This document shows, piece after piece, positions 1 through 10,224 of a stretch of 64,000 nucleotides of DNA (position 1 is its first letter; each line of letters starts with the position of its first letter). The DNA is taken from positions 67,643 through 131,642 of the forward strand of contig CAZPVO010000003.1 in NCBI GenBank assembly GCA_964590205.1, written 5' to 3'. The translations under genes were made by a program, and so were the position numbers. The notes beneath the pieces are model-generated. The model was not told where the DNA came from, searched no databases, and saw nothing but the letters and a program-made list of their open reading frames with translations. The DNA comes from an uncultured Candidatus Saccharibacteria bacterium (lineage in GTDB: Bacteria > Patescibacteriota > Saccharimonadia > Saccharimonadales > JAGQNJ01).

Positions 1-879
1 ACTAATTGCGACTGGGTCCTGTTTGCCACCTTTGCTATTCAATAGTGATAGATTAATACTATAGAAACTAATCGTTCCCTGCTCCGCACGATTACCGATA
101 ACAATGGCGACTTTAATATATTCTTTTCCTGGTGCAGCTTGTGTTTCGTAATCTAGCGGTCGCACGTAGTTATGTTCAACGCCTGTGACCATGAAGCTAA
201 AACCATCGGCCATATTAACTTGCTCGTTAAGCCCGGCATTAATATCTTGGTCATGTGGGCTTTTCTCGTTATCAAAGAGTTTACTCAGGTTTAGCTTACC
301 ATCGGTACGTTTTTCGGTTTCCGGCTTACTGGCTTCAACTGCCTTTTTTATTTGCTCTTTCCGTGCTTTATCCTGATTAGCTGCAAAACCGTATTTTGCT
401 TTCCTAACTTGAAAGACATGAAACGCACCGTAGCTGCAGACCAAAATCGCGATTACCGTTAAAACAATTGTCGCAATTTTGAGACCTTTACTTCGCGGGT
501 GCTGCCCATACGCTGGCGCAGCAGCAGGACCACCCACTGGTGCTGGTGGGACTGGCTGTCCTGGCATTGGTGACTGAGGTGCCATCGGTTGCTGGGGCAT
601 CACCTGAGCTGGAGCCATTGGTTGTGCCATCGGCATTTGTTGAGCAACAGGCTGCTGGGGCATTGCCATGGCTGGCTGCATAGGTTGTGGTTGCTGGGGG
701 GCAGCCGTCTGTGGCTGAGCCATCGGTTGCTGTGCAACTGGTTGAACTGGCTGCATTGGCGCCTGACTAGCTGCAGGTTGCATTTGTGGTGGGACGACCG
801 TTGGCTGCGTGGTAACTGCTGGCTGAACTGGCTGATTAGGCACCGGCGCAGGATTATTTTGAGGTGTATTTGGGTCCAT
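1..879 (-). CDS. Pro/Gln-rich single-pass membrane protein, C-terminus truncated by the window edge
   Basis: Found by my own translation of the minus strand; it is absent from the ORF track because its stop lies beyond position 1. ATG at 879..877 gives MDPNTPQNNPAPVPNQ. About 140 aa are Pro/Gln/Met-rich, followed by a TM helix (IATIVLTVIAILVCSYGAF) and a beta-rich extracytoplasmic domain. The architecture matches ORF 936..1817. Confidence 0.5.
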   Translation of the reverse strand, partial: MDPNTPQNNPAPVPNQPVQPAVTTQPTVVPPQMQPAASQAPMQPVQPVAQQPMAQPQTAAPQQPQPMQPAMAMPQQPVAQQMPMAQPMAPAQVMPQQPMAPQSPMPGQPVPPAPVGGPAAAPAYGQHPRSKGLKIATIVLTVIAILVCSYGAFHVFQVRKAKYGFAANQDKARKEQIKKAVEASKPETEKRTDGKLNLSKLFDNEKSPHDQDINAGLNEQVNMADGFSFMVTGVEHNYVRPLDYETQAAPGKEYIKVAIVIGNRAEQGTISFYSINLSLLNSKGGKQDPVAIS

Positions 880-935
880 TGTTTATTAACTCTTAGGCTT
901 AAGTGTAATAAAGAAGCTTCTCAAGCACAAGCGTT

Positions 936-1817
936 TTAGTTGTTGAGCTGTACCTCAAAATTATTGGTCATAGCATCCCAAGCTGGCGTATTTTCATCCC
1001 AAACTTTATCGATTGCGTATATCCCTAGCGACTCCAAAGCTTTTTTATTAATATAAGATATTCGGCGTCCTTTTATCGTGATACCGTCTTTGTTCTTATA
1101 TTGAAAATCAAAAACTAATTTGCCACCTTGATCTTTGCTGCTTAGGTCTTCTCGGGTTTGGGTCTGTACATCTGTTGCGTTGTCTTTTTCGAGGGCTTTC
1201 TTATTTATTTGCCCAAAATAGTCAGTTATATCTTTGTTGCTATCTGAGGCAAGAAAAGAGTAACAATCGCATGTACTGGCCGTAAAAGTCACGCTGCTCT
1301 CCCAGCCGTCTTTAGTTTTTAAGGCCTGCCCTGGTTTTGCATTTTGCCGGAATATAACTGTATCAGGGTCATTTTGCACTTGTACCATATTGACCGGATA
1401 CTTAAAGCTAAAGTTGCCTGCCGCCGGTGGTTTGTCTGGTTTGTAGGTTCCAAAACGAGTGTAGTTACCGGAGTATTGTTTAGGTTTTTTGCCAACAACT
1501 GCGACAGTCGCAATGATAACTATCAGTAAGACGAATCCTACGACACCAAGTGTAATCCAAAGCCAGGTTTTCTTTTTAGCAGGAGAAGCAATTGGTGGCT
1601 GTAATGGTGGGATCGGCTGTCCTGGTGGCATTACTGGTTGAGGTGGCACAGGCGGTTGCGGAACCGGCCCTGAACCTGGGACGGGTTGAGGTGCAACTGG
1701 TGGTGGAACTGGCTGGGGTGCCGGCGCGGGTGGTACCGGGTTTTGAGGTACTGCTGATGATGGCGGAGATGGTATTGGATTTGGTGCCGGAACCGGTGGT
1801 TGAGTATTCGGAGGCAT
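936..1817 (-). CDS. Pro-rich single-pass membrane protein (hypothetical)
   Basis: 293 aa. N-terminal about 85 aa is almost pure Pro/Val/Gln (MPPNTQPPVPAPNPIP...), followed by a TM helix (WLWITLGVVGFVLLIVIIATVAVV) and a C-terminal soluble domain. Confidence 0.55.
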   Translation of the reverse strand: MPPNTQPPVPAPNPIPSPPSSAVPQNPVPPAPAPQPVPPPVAPQPVPGSGPVPQPPVPPQPVMPPGQPIPPLQPPIASPAKKKTWLWITLGVVGFVLLIVIIATVAVVGKKPKQYSGNYTRFGTYKPDKPPAAGNFSFKYPVNMVQVQNDPDTVIFRQNAKPGQALKTKDGWESSVTFTASTCDCYSFLASDSNKDITDYFGQINKKALEKDNATDVQTQTREDLSSKDQGGKLVFDFQYKNKDGITIKGRRISYINKKALESLGIYAIDKVWDENTPAWDAMTNNFEVQLNN

Positions 1818-1840
1818 GCCCCTACTTTACCATAAGCGTT

Positions 1841-2929
1841 TTATTCTTGTCCGATTGTATGCTCTAAATACGCCTTTATAAAACCGTCTAAATCGCCGTC
1901 GAGTACTTTATCCGGATCTTTTGATTCATGTTTTGTACGCAAATCTTTTACTTGCTTATACGGATGAAGCACATATGAGCGAATTTGATTTCCCCACTCC
2001 GCCGATTGGTTTGGGCCTTTAATTTCAGCAAGTTTTTCTTTATGTTGCTCCAACTGCAGCTGCGCCAATCGAGAACGTAAAATAGTCATGGCTGTTTCTT
2101 TATTCTGCAGTTGCGATCTCTCGTTCTGAATTGTCACTGTAATATTTGTTGGCAAATGTGTAATGCGCACTGCTGAATCCGTTGTATTAACTGATTGCCC
2201 GCCGTGACCGCCGCTGCGGAATACATCAACTTTTAGATCCTTGTCATCTAGCTCCAACTCATCCGGTTTATCAATAACTGGCAAAACTTCAACCTTGGCA
2301 AAACTGGTTTGGCGCAAATTATCAGCATTAAACGGACTGAGTCGAACGAGCCTGTGAACACCATGCTCACCTTTCAACTTGCCGTACACAAATGGACCTT
2401 CAAGCTCTAACGTGGCACTTTTAATACCAGCTTCTTCACCGCTCGATTGCTCGATAACTTGGCTATTCACATTGTGCGCTTCAGCCCAACGCACATACAT
2501 GCGCATGAGCATCTGTGTCCAGTCCTGTGCGTCAGTGCCACCAGCCCCGGCATGTATCTGTAAAATGACATTGTGGTCATCGTACTGACCACTGAACTGC
2601 AATTCAGTTTTCAAGTTGTCAAAATCCTTCTCAAGCTGAGTAAGTTGTTTGTTCAAATCCTCATGCAGTTCCAGGTCACCAAGTTCTGTGAGTTCCTGCA
2701 GATCAGCGATGCTTTTTTGCAGCTCATGCCATGGCTTAATGCGTGCTTGCAAGTCGGCCAGCTGTTTAGTGGTCTTGGCGGCCGTCTGATTATCATTCCA
2801 AAAGTCCGGTGCGTTCATTGAGGCGCCGAGTTTGTCGGCTTCAGCCTGCAATTTAGCAATGCCAATTTGCTTACAAGCAGCATCGACTGCTTCTACGAGT
2901 AGATTCACCTTTTTATCAAGCTCAACCAT
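1841..2929 (-). CDS. prfB: peptide chain release factor 2
   Basis: GGQ motif ([23 protein letters not shown]) and RF2-type SPF motif (RLSPFNADN). A continuous 362-aa ORF with no programmed frameshift. Confidence 0.9.
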   Translation of the reverse strand: MVELDKKVNLLVEAVDAACKQIGIAKLQAEADKLGASMNAPDFWNDNQTAAKTTKQLADLQARIKPWHELQKSIADLQELTELGDLELHEDLNKQLTQLEKDFDNLKTELQFSGQYDDHNVILQIHAGAGGTDAQDWTQMLMRMYVRWAEAHNVNSQVIEQSSGEEAGIKSATLELEGPFVYGKLKGEHGVHRLVRLSPFNADNLRQTSFAKVEVLPVIDKPDELELDDKDLKVDVFRSGGHGGQSVNTTDSAVRITHLPTNITVTIQNERSQLQNKETAMTILRSRLAQLQLEQHKEKLAEIKGPNQSAEWGNQIRSYVLHPYKQVKDLRTKHESKDPDKVLDGDLDGFIKAYLEHTIGQE

Positions 2930-2958
2930 GTCTTTAGATTATACACGCAGTAAGTGAA

Positions 2959-3483
2959 CTACTTAGCAAGTGCTTTGATGACGATTACAATGATCGCAAG
3001 CAGAGCTAACACACCGAAGGCAACAAAAATTATGCCAATCAGTTTTTTATGACCGCCACCTCCGCCAGAATGCTGTGAAGCATCAGGAATATTAGCAAGT
3101 GATGGTGTTTCTAGGGGATTTGCCCCAGTAGCTGGCGTTGGTGACATGCCAGAATTAGGTGGTAATGGCTGCGATTGAGTATCCATATTTGGCATAGGCG
3201 CAGGTGGTTGCTGGTCTGGAAATGCAGAAGCTGGCGGCATTTGCGGCATTGGTTGCTGTGGCATTGGCGGTTGCTGAGCCCCTGCCAACATTGGATCACC
3301 ACCAAGCGTGTCTACTGGCGGACTTTGAGCTGGAAAAGCTGGATTGGGTGGTAGCGGTGATGGTGCAGGTTGTGATGGCAATGGATCAGGCATTGGTGGA
3401 ATTGCTGGTGGCATTGGATTCGACGGCAACGGCTCTGGCGCTGGTGGCACAGGCGGTTGATTTTGTGGCTGCATTGGGTCCAT
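2959..3483 (-). CDS. Pro-rich tail-anchored membrane protein (hypothetical)
   Basis: 174 aa starting MDPMQPQNQPPVPPAPEP. About 140 aa are Pro/Gln/Met-rich and low-complexity, followed by a single C-terminal TM helix (LIGIIFVAFGVLALLAIIVIVI). Confidence 0.5.
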   Translation of the reverse strand: MDPMQPQNQPPVPPAPEPLPSNPMPPAIPPMPDPLPSQPAPSPLPPNPAFPAQSPPVDTLGGDPMLAGAQQPPMPQQPMPQMPPASAFPDQQPPAPMPNMDTQSQPLPPNSGMSPTPATGANPLETPSLANIPDASQHSGGGGGHKKLIGIIFVAFGVLALLAIIVIVIKALAK

Positions 3484-3560
3484 TAAATGATTATCCCTCC
3501 TGAAATTCTTTCACTTAAGTGTACTACCCCTCTTATGCTTTTGGCAACTCCCCAGGAAAG

Positions 3561-4850
3561 TTATTCCTGCCAGAGCTGTGAGAGCTGTTTATCGGCTTCA
3601 CGCGTAAATTCTTCACCACAACTACCAAGCACACCAAAACCGCCCAAGTTTTCATCAAACATTTCATTGGTGATATCGATCACCTCTTGCTTGCTGACAG
3701 TTTCGATACGCTCCGGAACTTTATAATAATCTTCGATTACTTCGTCAAAGAAAAAGCGTCCGGCATAGCCCCCAGCTGTTCCGCCGACTGTTTGAGCACT
3801 GCGTTGATAACGGCCCAGCGCATACTGCTTGGCGGCCTCAAAATCACCCGTGCCCAGTCCGCCTTGGCTCAAGGTTTTAATTTCTTTAATCATAATGTCA
3901 AGTAGTGGTCGAACATTTTTTGGCATAACTTGAGCGCCGAACCACCAGTTACTACTGGCAGCTGCCTGCCCATAATTTGAGCTCATTCCATAAACCAGTC
4001 CCTTCTCACGCGCTGTGCCAAAAATTTTGGAATGCATTGTTTCTGTGAGTAAAATATTGGCCAAGCTCAAGGCATCAACCTCTGTATCACGCATACGGCG
4101 ATTCATAAATGTGTCGGCATAAAAATACAAATTCTCAATGGTGTCGTTCTGAATGTACAATGGTTTTTTCAAGCTTTTGAGTTTTTCATCTGGCAAAGGT
4201 CGGCGACCGCCTGCCTTCGGCAAGTTTAAATTCTCGAGCAATTTTTTTATTGCATTTCGTCGAGCAGCGTTCAAATTGCCGCCGATCACAAAGCGCAAAT
4301 TATCACTGGTGTGCGTTGATTTATAATGCGTCTGGACGTCTTCAACTGTAACATTCTCCATTTTTTGGAGTCGTTCTTGGTCGGTCATAACTTTGAAGCC
4401 ATATCTTTCACGCAAATTGAGACTCAGTGTTCGGAAATGATTATTTGATCGTGCCGTCAGTTCTTCACGCACATTACCGAACTCGGCCTTGAATTCTTCT
4501 GGTAAGAATAGTGGTTGCGTAATGGCAACAAACAACAATCCTAAAATCCGATCCCATTCAAAATCAGCACATTCAGCTTCATAAGTAATGTCGTAAGTTC
4601 CGGTTGAAGCATTGGCATAAGCACCATTTTTTTCAACTTCGGCAATAAAATCTCGTGCCTTTGGATAGAGCTCATTGGCACCAAGCAAAATATGCTCCAT
4701 CAGATGCGGTGTCTCCCATTTGTCGCGCTTAACTAAGTACTCGCCAGCACGAAAATTAAGATCAAAAGTCATAACACTGGCACCAGGTATGTGAATCAGT
4801 AGGCCTTTGGCACCATTTTTTAGATCCAATTCAAATACTGTGTGTCGCAT
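3561..4850 (-). CDS. M16-family (pitrilysin/insulinase-like) zinc peptidase
   Basis: Inverted zinc-binding motif HxxEH (HLMEH) near the N-terminus. 429 aa, the size of an M16 domain pair. Confidence 0.75.
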   Translation of the reverse strand: MRHTVFELDLKNGAKGLLIHIPGASVMTFDLNFRAGEYLVKRDKWETPHLMEHILLGANELYPKARDFIAEVEKNGAYANASTGTYDITYEAECADFEWDRILGLLFVAITQPLFLPEEFKAEFGNVREELTARSNNHFRTLSLNLRERYGFKVMTDQERLQKMENVTVEDVQTHYKSTHTSDNLRFVIGGNLNAARRNAIKKLLENLNLPKAGGRRPLPDEKLKSLKKPLYIQNDTIENLYFYADTFMNRRMRDTEVDALSLANILLTETMHSKIFGTAREKGLVYGMSSNYGQAAASSNWWFGAQVMPKNVRPLLDIMIKEIKTLSQGGLGTGDFEAAKQYALGRYQRSAQTVGGTAGGYAGRFFFDEVIEDYYKVPERIETVSKQEVIDITNEMFDENLGGFGVLGSCGEEFTREADKQLSQLWQE

Positions 4851-4862
4851 ATTTTAGTTGAC

Positions 4863-7496
4863 CTATTTACGTCCTTTTGCGCGCCGTTTACGCTCGGCTT
4901 TTCGAGCTTTCTTGCGCTGCTGCGTTGAAGTCACCTTCTTAGTTGCTGACGGAGTATTTAAAATGTTCTGGCCAGCGCTGTTTTGTGTCGCTGGCGTAAA
5001 GTCAGTTTCTTCGAATTCGTCAGCTTCGATAATACGATCTGCGTTATCAACTGAACCGCGGGCTGCTCGAGTTAATTCAGTTTCAGCGGGCTGATCCAGC
5101 TCGCTCTCACTTACTGGACGAGCATTGAACAAAGCTTTAACTACTTCGTGTCGCAGAGTCGCTTGCATGTCATCGAACAAAATCTGGCTTTGACGACGAT
5201 ACTCCACTAACGGATCACGCTGACCAACGCTAATCCAGTGAATTCCTTCACGCAAATGATCCATATTTTCAAGGTGTTGCATCCACAAATTATCGAGTGC
5301 CTGCAGGTAAACATCCCGCTCAATTTTGCGCATAATGTCGGTTCCGAAAGCTTGTTCTTGCTTGGCGTATAATTTGCCAGCATCTTTTTTAAGACGAGCA
5401 CCGAACTTATCTGCATCGGCATCGAACAGTTTGTCGAGCTCTTTATCACTAAATGGAAAAACATGTGTCACCATATTTTCGAAGTCATCAGAGTGAATTT
5501 TTGGAGAATGGGCGAGCACATTTGCTTCTTCATCAACCAATGCTTTGATACGAGATTGAATATCTGCTTCTGTTAAAATCTTGCGTCGAACAGCATAAAT
5601 GGCTTTGCGATGGCGGTTCATGACATCGTCATACTGCACAACGTTCTTTCGTTGATCGAAGTTAAAGCCTTCAACCTTCTTCTGGGCTGCCTCAAGACTG
5701 CGCGAAATAATACGATTTTCGATTGGCGTTTCATCGTCCACTTTCATGCGATCCATCATTGATGAAATTCGATCACCACCAAAAATACGCATCAAATCAT
5801 CTTCACAAGATACAAAGAACTGACTAACGCCTGGATCACCTTGTCGGCCAGCACGACCTCGTAGCTGGTTGTCAATTCGGCGTGACTCGTGTCGTTCACT
5901 TCCTAAAATAAACAAGCCGCCAAGTTTTTTGGCTTCTTTATCGAGTACAATGTCAGTTCCACGACCAGCAATGTTGGTAGCCAACGTCACGGCACCTTTT
6001 TGGCCGGCCTTGGCCACAATACTTGCTTCTTTTTCATTGTTTTTTGCGTTCAAAACCTGGTGCGGCACGCCAGCTTTTTTGAGCATGTTGCTCAACAGCT
6101 CGTTCTTTTCAATCGAAACGGTACCAATCAAAACCGGCTGACCCTTGCGGTGTAACATCTTTAATTCTTTAACGATCGCTTTGAATTTGCCGGCTTCGGT
6201 CTTGTAAATACGATCAGCTCGGTCGTCACGAACAACCTTTTTGTTCGATGGAATTTGTAAAACGTCCAATTTATAAATTTGGTGAAACTCTTCGCTCTCG
6301 GTTTCGGCCGTACCGGTCATACCCGCCAGTTTTTCGTACAAACGGAAGTAGTTCTGGAAAGAAATCGTGGCAAGTGTCATTGATTCTTCTTGTACTGGCA
6401 CACCTTCTTTAGCCTCGATTGCCTGGTGCAGACCTTCGTTATAGCGTCGGCCGCGGAGCAAACGTCCAGTAAACTCATCGACAATCACCACTTCGCCGTC
6501 TTTAGTAACCACATAATCTTTATCGCGCTTAAATAATGCCTCAGCTTTTAGAGATTGCTCTAAGTGATAAATGTTTCGGATGTTTTCAGTGGCATACAAA
6601 CTCTCAATACCAAGGGCTTTTTCGACCGCCTCCACGCCTTCATCAGTCAGCACAACGGCTCGACGTTTTTCATCAATCTCATAGTGTTTCTCGCCATTGA
6701 GTCGCCTTGCAACTTTGGAAAATTGTTCATAGGCAGTCGCACTGGCTGCGGCTGGTGCCGAAATAATCAGCGGTGTGCGAGCTTCGTCAATGAGAATCGA
6801 GTCAACTTCGTCGACAATGGCATAATGCAGCTCTCTCTGACGCAGCTGGTCTTCTTCGCGGACCATGTTATCACGCAGATAATCAAAACCGAATTCATTA
6901 TTTGTACCGTAAGTAATATCTGCGTTGTAAGCTTCCTGACGAGTTGCCGGTCTGAGGTGTTTAAGCCGTGGATCGTCATGTTTTTTGTTCTCAAACTTCG
7001 TGTCATAAATAAATGATTCATCTGGAATAATCACACCGACACTTAAACCTAAGAAGTCATAGACTGGTGCCATCCAGCCAGCATCACGCTGTGCCAGGTA
7101 GTCATTAACAGTGACCAAATGAGCGCCTTTGCCAGTTAATGCATTTAAAGACAGTGGTAGTGTAGCAACCAAAGTTTTACCTTCACCGGTTTTCATCTCA
7201 CTCACGTTACCTTCATGCAGCGCCATTCCACCAACAAGCTGCACATCAAAATGTCGCATTTTGATTGTTCGATCGGCTGCTTCACGCACCAGCGCAAAGG
7301 CATCAGGCAAAATTTTATCGAGCGACTCCCCTTTTTCAAGCCGTTTTTTTAGCTCACCGGTCTGCTCCTTGAGCTTCTTATCGGACATTTTTTTATACTT
7401 ATCAGACAGCGCGTTAATATCTTTAACTCGCTTCTGCATACTTTTAACTGTTCGGGCTTGGGGATCTCCCAATAACTTCTTAAATACTTTTTTCAT
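4863..7496 (-). CDS. secA: preprotein translocase ATPase SecA
   Basis: 877 aa with the DEAD-like motor and a typical SecA N-terminus (MKKVFKKLLGDP...). The C-terminus is a Lys/Arg-rich tail rather than a Cys zinc finger. Confidence 0.95.
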   Translation of the reverse strand: MKKVFKKLLGDPQARTVKSMQKRVKDINALSDKYKKMSDKKLKEQTGELKKRLEKGESLDKILPDAFALVREAADRTIKMRHFDVQLVGGMALHEGNVSEMKTGEGKTLVATLPLSLNALTGKGAHLVTVNDYLAQRDAGWMAPVYDFLGLSVGVIIPDESFIYDTKFENKKHDDPRLKHLRPATRQEAYNADITYGTNNEFGFDYLRDNMVREEDQLRQRELHYAIVDEVDSILIDEARTPLIISAPAAASATAYEQFSKVARRLNGEKHYEIDEKRRAVVLTDEGVEAVEKALGIESLYATENIRNIYHLEQSLKAEALFKRDKDYVVTKDGEVVIVDEFTGRLLRGRRYNEGLHQAIEAKEGVPVQEESMTLATISFQNYFRLYEKLAGMTGTAETESEEFHQIYKLDVLQIPSNKKVVRDDRADRIYKTEAGKFKAIVKELKMLHRKGQPVLIGTVSIEKNELLSNMLKKAGVPHQVLNAKNNEKEASIVAKAGQKGAVTLATNIAGRGTDIVLDKEAKKLGGLFILGSERHESRRIDNQLRGRAGRQGDPGVSQFFVSCEDDLMRIFGGDRISSMMDRMKVDDETPIENRIISRSLEAAQKKVEGFNFDQRKNVVQYDDVMNRHRKAIYAVRRKILTEADIQSRIKALVDEEANVLAHSPKIHSDDFENMVTHVFPFSDKELDKLFDADADKFGARLKKDAGKLYAKQEQAFGTDIMRKIERDVYLQALDNLWMQHLENMDHLREGIHWISVGQRDPLVEYRRQSQILFDDMQATLRHEVVKALFNARPVSESELDQPAETELTRAARGSVDNADRIIEADEFEETDFTPATQNSAGQNILNTPSATKKVTSTQQRKKARKAERKRRAKGRK

Positions 7497-7558
7497 AATT
7501 CAAATAGTTAGTCGTAAACTCCAAACATTAATCACAGGTCGCGTTCTATTGTAACCTG

Positions 7559-7924
7559 TTAAACTACTTTGCGCGAGCGTATTTTAAGCAACAAACGCCT
7601 TGGCACACGTGACATGCCATTTTTATCTTTATAACGCCTGATTTGATTCTTTAGCTTAGTCTCAACAATGTCGACAGCGGCGAACATATTCAGTGTCGTT
7701 TCTTTGACCATTAAATTTTCGTGCGGTAAGTGCAGAATAACTTCGCAGGTACATTCTTTCTTATTTTTTATTTTGGATTCTTTGAGCTGTACCTCGACAT
7801 GTGCCGAAGCTCGTGCCTTTTTTGGCAAATAACGGTCCATGTGGCCAATTTTTTTAGTGACATATTTTTTGAGTTCATCACTGACAGTGGTATGAACACC
7901 ACTGATTTCCATTTTTGCGATCAT
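7559..7924 (-). CDS. hpf: ribosome hibernation promoting factor / RaiA (short form)
   Basis: 121 aa with a YfiA/HPF-like sequence (MEISGVHTTVSDELKKYVTKKIGHMDRY). Overlaps serS by 4 nt. Confidence 0.8.
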   Translation of the reverse strand: MIAKMEISGVHTTVSDELKKYVTKKIGHMDRYLPKKARASAHVEVQLKESKIKNKKECTCEVILHLPHENLMVKETTLNMFAAVDIVETKLKNQIRRYKDKNGMSRVPRRLLLKIRSRKVV

Positions 7925-9216
7925 ATCTCTTCCCTCCCACCCATATATTTTTGAAGTACTTTTGGAATTTTTACATTACCGTCTTTATCCTGGAAGTTCT
8001 CAATAATCGCAATCAGCGGACGCTCCGAAAAAACTGTGGCATCATTGGTGTGTGCCGGCTCGCTTTTACCGTTCTCGAGCCGAACTTTTGTATGCATACT
8101 GCGAGCTTGATAATCGGTGATGTAATCAGCAGTGTGCGTTTCACGGTATTTATTTTGGCCAGGCAGCCAAACCTCGATATCTACACCTTTGGCATTTGGA
8201 AAACCAATATCAGCTGTACACTTTTCAAGCACTTGGTATGGCAGTTCTAGCTGCTGCATCAAATATTCTTGAATAGCAACCTGGAATAAATGCTCATCTA
8301 GCGACGTTTCAGGAGTGGTGAAACTTTCCATTTCAAGTTTATTAAACTGATGGAGCCGCAAAATGCCCTCCATGTCTTTACCGTACGTCCCAGCTTCACG
8401 GCGAAAGGCTGTGGTGTAACCAGCAAACCTTAGCGGAAGGTCTTTGGCGTCCAAGGTTTCATTCAAATACATTGGCGCCATCGTATGTTCAGCACTCGCA
8501 TTCAACCATAAATCTTCATCCTCAATTTTGTAGGTTTGCTCTTCTTTATTAAGTCGACCTGTTGCTTCAAAAACAGACTTTTTAGCGACAGCTGGTGGAA
8601 TAACGGGAATAAAGGGCTTTGCACTAACTTTCAAATGGTTCTCATCGATAATTTTTTGCAACGTTTTCTCATCGCTCACTACATTCATGCCAAACTGCCA
8701 GAGTGCCATCTCAAACAACACAATGTCACCTTTCAAATACACAAATCGTGCACCGGCAACTTTGGCTGCACGTTCCTTATCAATCCAGCCCTTCGCCTGG
8801 GCAATTTCCCAGTGATTTTTAGGTTTAAAATCAAACTTCGTCTTTTCACCCACTGTTTTGGCCACGACATTTTCATCTTCTGATTTACCGACTGGCACTG
8901 TTTCAAGCGGCATATTTGGAACTTGTTTAAGCTCAGTGTGAAATTTTTCCTCAAGTGGTTCGAGCTTTTTTTCAAGCTCCGCAATATCAGTTTTTAATTT
9001 TTTGCCTTCCGCTAGTTGCGCTTCACTTGGCTTACCCTGCTTTAAGCCGGCGGCGTGCTCGTTGCGTTTTTGGCGCAAATTCTCGAGCTTAGCCAACACA
9101 TCCCGGCGCTGTTCATCAACTTCTAAAAGCCCTTTGGTGTCGACTGTGTAGCCTTTTTGTTTGGACTTTTTCTCAACTAACTCAGCATTATCACGAATAA
9201 ACTGAATATCTAACAT
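7921..9216 (-). CDS. serS: seryl-tRNA synthetase
   Basis: N-terminal coiled-coil arm and class II motifs (FRREAGTYGKDMEGILRLHQFNKLEM). Confidence 0.95.
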   Translation of the reverse strand: MLDIQFIRDNAELVEKKSKQKGYTVDTKGLLEVDEQRRDVLAKLENLRQKRNEHAAGLKQGKPSEAQLAEGKKLKTDIAELEKKLEPLEEKFHTELKQVPNMPLETVPVGKSEDENVVAKTVGEKTKFDFKPKNHWEIAQAKGWIDKERAAKVAGARFVYLKGDIVLFEMALWQFGMNVVSDEKTLQKIIDENHLKVSAKPFIPVIPPAVAKKSVFEATGRLNKEEQTYKIEDEDLWLNASAEHTMAPMYLNETLDAKDLPLRFAGYTTAFRREAGTYGKDMEGILRLHQFNKLEMESFTTPETSLDEHLFQVAIQEYLMQQLELPYQVLEKCTADIGFPNAKGVDIEVWLPGQNKYRETHTADYITDYQARSMHTKVRLENGKSEPAHTNDATVFSERPLIAIIENFQDKDGNVKIPKVLQKYMGGREEI

Positions 9217-9234
9217 GGTAACTATTATAGCAGT

Positions 9235-10224
9235 CTATCGGCTGGCTTGGCTGCCGAATATTACAAATACGATGAATAGGGCTAATAATGCCCAAACAAT
9301 GATTGTAAGGATACGCGTCCTGCGCTTTATAACATTGTTAAAATATGCATTCGTCGTTTGAGTCATGTCAATCGCTGCAGGCTTGGCGACGTACTGCAAA
9401 CTTGTAGCTCGATGATCAAGCTCATCGGACAATGCTTCGACTGATTCAAAGAGTTTTGATAGTGCGTTAGCCGAGCGTTCATCGTGACTGGTCATAAAAT
9501 AAATGTAAGGACCGGCGATCTCAATGTCCTGCGCCAAATTTGAATTAATCAGCGTTTGCATAACGTCTGGTGTAATAATGCTCAGCGCATCAATGTTTTC
9601 ACCCTTTTCACAATACAGGGAGAAGTACTTATTAAAGTTGCCTTCCAGTTTGATTTTTTCTTGAGGTATGTTGGCCCTAAAACTAATGTTATAACCATAA
9701 ATTGCCGCGCTTTGCTTACTGTCTAGAATCATATGAGGAAAAGCTTTACTCAGCTCAACTCGGGCAATCGTGTAGTTATGTTCCTGCTGCGAGCGTCCAC
9801 TGCCAGTCGTGAAGTGATACATATATACATCGCATTTATGCCCAGCGATGTCAGCATGGACAACTGTCCCAAGTTTTTGGTTACTACCAATATCAAAAAT
9901 CGCTGGGGGGATTTGAGCAATTGTTGCACTTGAGCCTTCTGTAGACTGCCAGCCATTAGCCGTCGCAAAATCGGCCCAAATTTTATCTCGATAGGCACTA
10001 ACTTTCCGTCGCAAATAAATAAGGACAATAATAAACAGGGTGAAGCCAAAAGGTAGGAGCGCAAAAGGGTCCCTTTCTGCCACGGACACCTCAAGAATTA
10101 TAATAATGATGGCCGCAAAAAGTATAGCAGCCGGACTTTTCAGCTGCTGCTTAAACACTGCTGGCCAAGCATTATTAGCTTTCTCGGCACTCAGCGCGTC
10201 ATATTTTATATCTTGCAGTTTCAT
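9235..10224 (-). CDS. hypothetical membrane protein (2 N-terminal TM helices, central soluble domain, C-terminal TM helix)
   Basis: 329 aa, with hydrophobic segments AAILFAAIIIIILEV / FGFTLFIIVLIYL and a C-terminal ILTIIVWALLALFIVFVIF. Overlaps the downstream Cas4-like gene by 4 nt. Confidence 0.45.
   Translation of the reverse strand: MKLQDIKYDALSAEKANNAWPAVFKQQLKSPAAILFAAIIIIILEVSVAERDPFALLPFGFTLFIIVLIYLRRKVSAYRDKIWADFATANGWQSTEGSSATIAQIPPAIFDIGSNQKLGTVVHADIAGHKCDVYMYHFTTGSGRSQQEHNYTIARVELSKAFPHMILDSKQSAAIYGYNISFRANIPQEKIKLEGNFNKYFSLYCEKGENIDALSIITPDVMQTLINSNLAQDIEIAGPYIYFMTSHDERSANALSKLFESVEALSDELDHRATSLQYVAKPAAIDMTQTTNAYFNNVIKRRTRILTIIVWALLALFIVFVIFGSQASR

Noticed and set aside
589-939. 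Plus-strand 116-aa ORF rich in W/L/H/R (also 1592..1867 and 3204..3503).
   Set aside because: Antisense to the Pro/Gln-rich membrane protein genes. CCN/CAG-rich sense codons read as W/L/G-rich nonsense on the opposite strand, and there is no start context.
1841-2929. Programmed +1 frameshift site in prfB.
   Set aside because: The ORF is continuous from Met1 through the GGQ and SPF motifs. There is no in-frame stop near codon 25 and no SD-like CUU UGA C context, so this RF2 is not frameshift-regulated.
4858-5094. Plus-strand 78-aa ORF, and similar short ORFs antisense to secA, ileS, nrdJ, ftsZ and ftsA.
   Set aside because: They are embedded antisense within well-supported long housekeeping genes, with no independent start or RBS signals. 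They are typical shadow ORFs.
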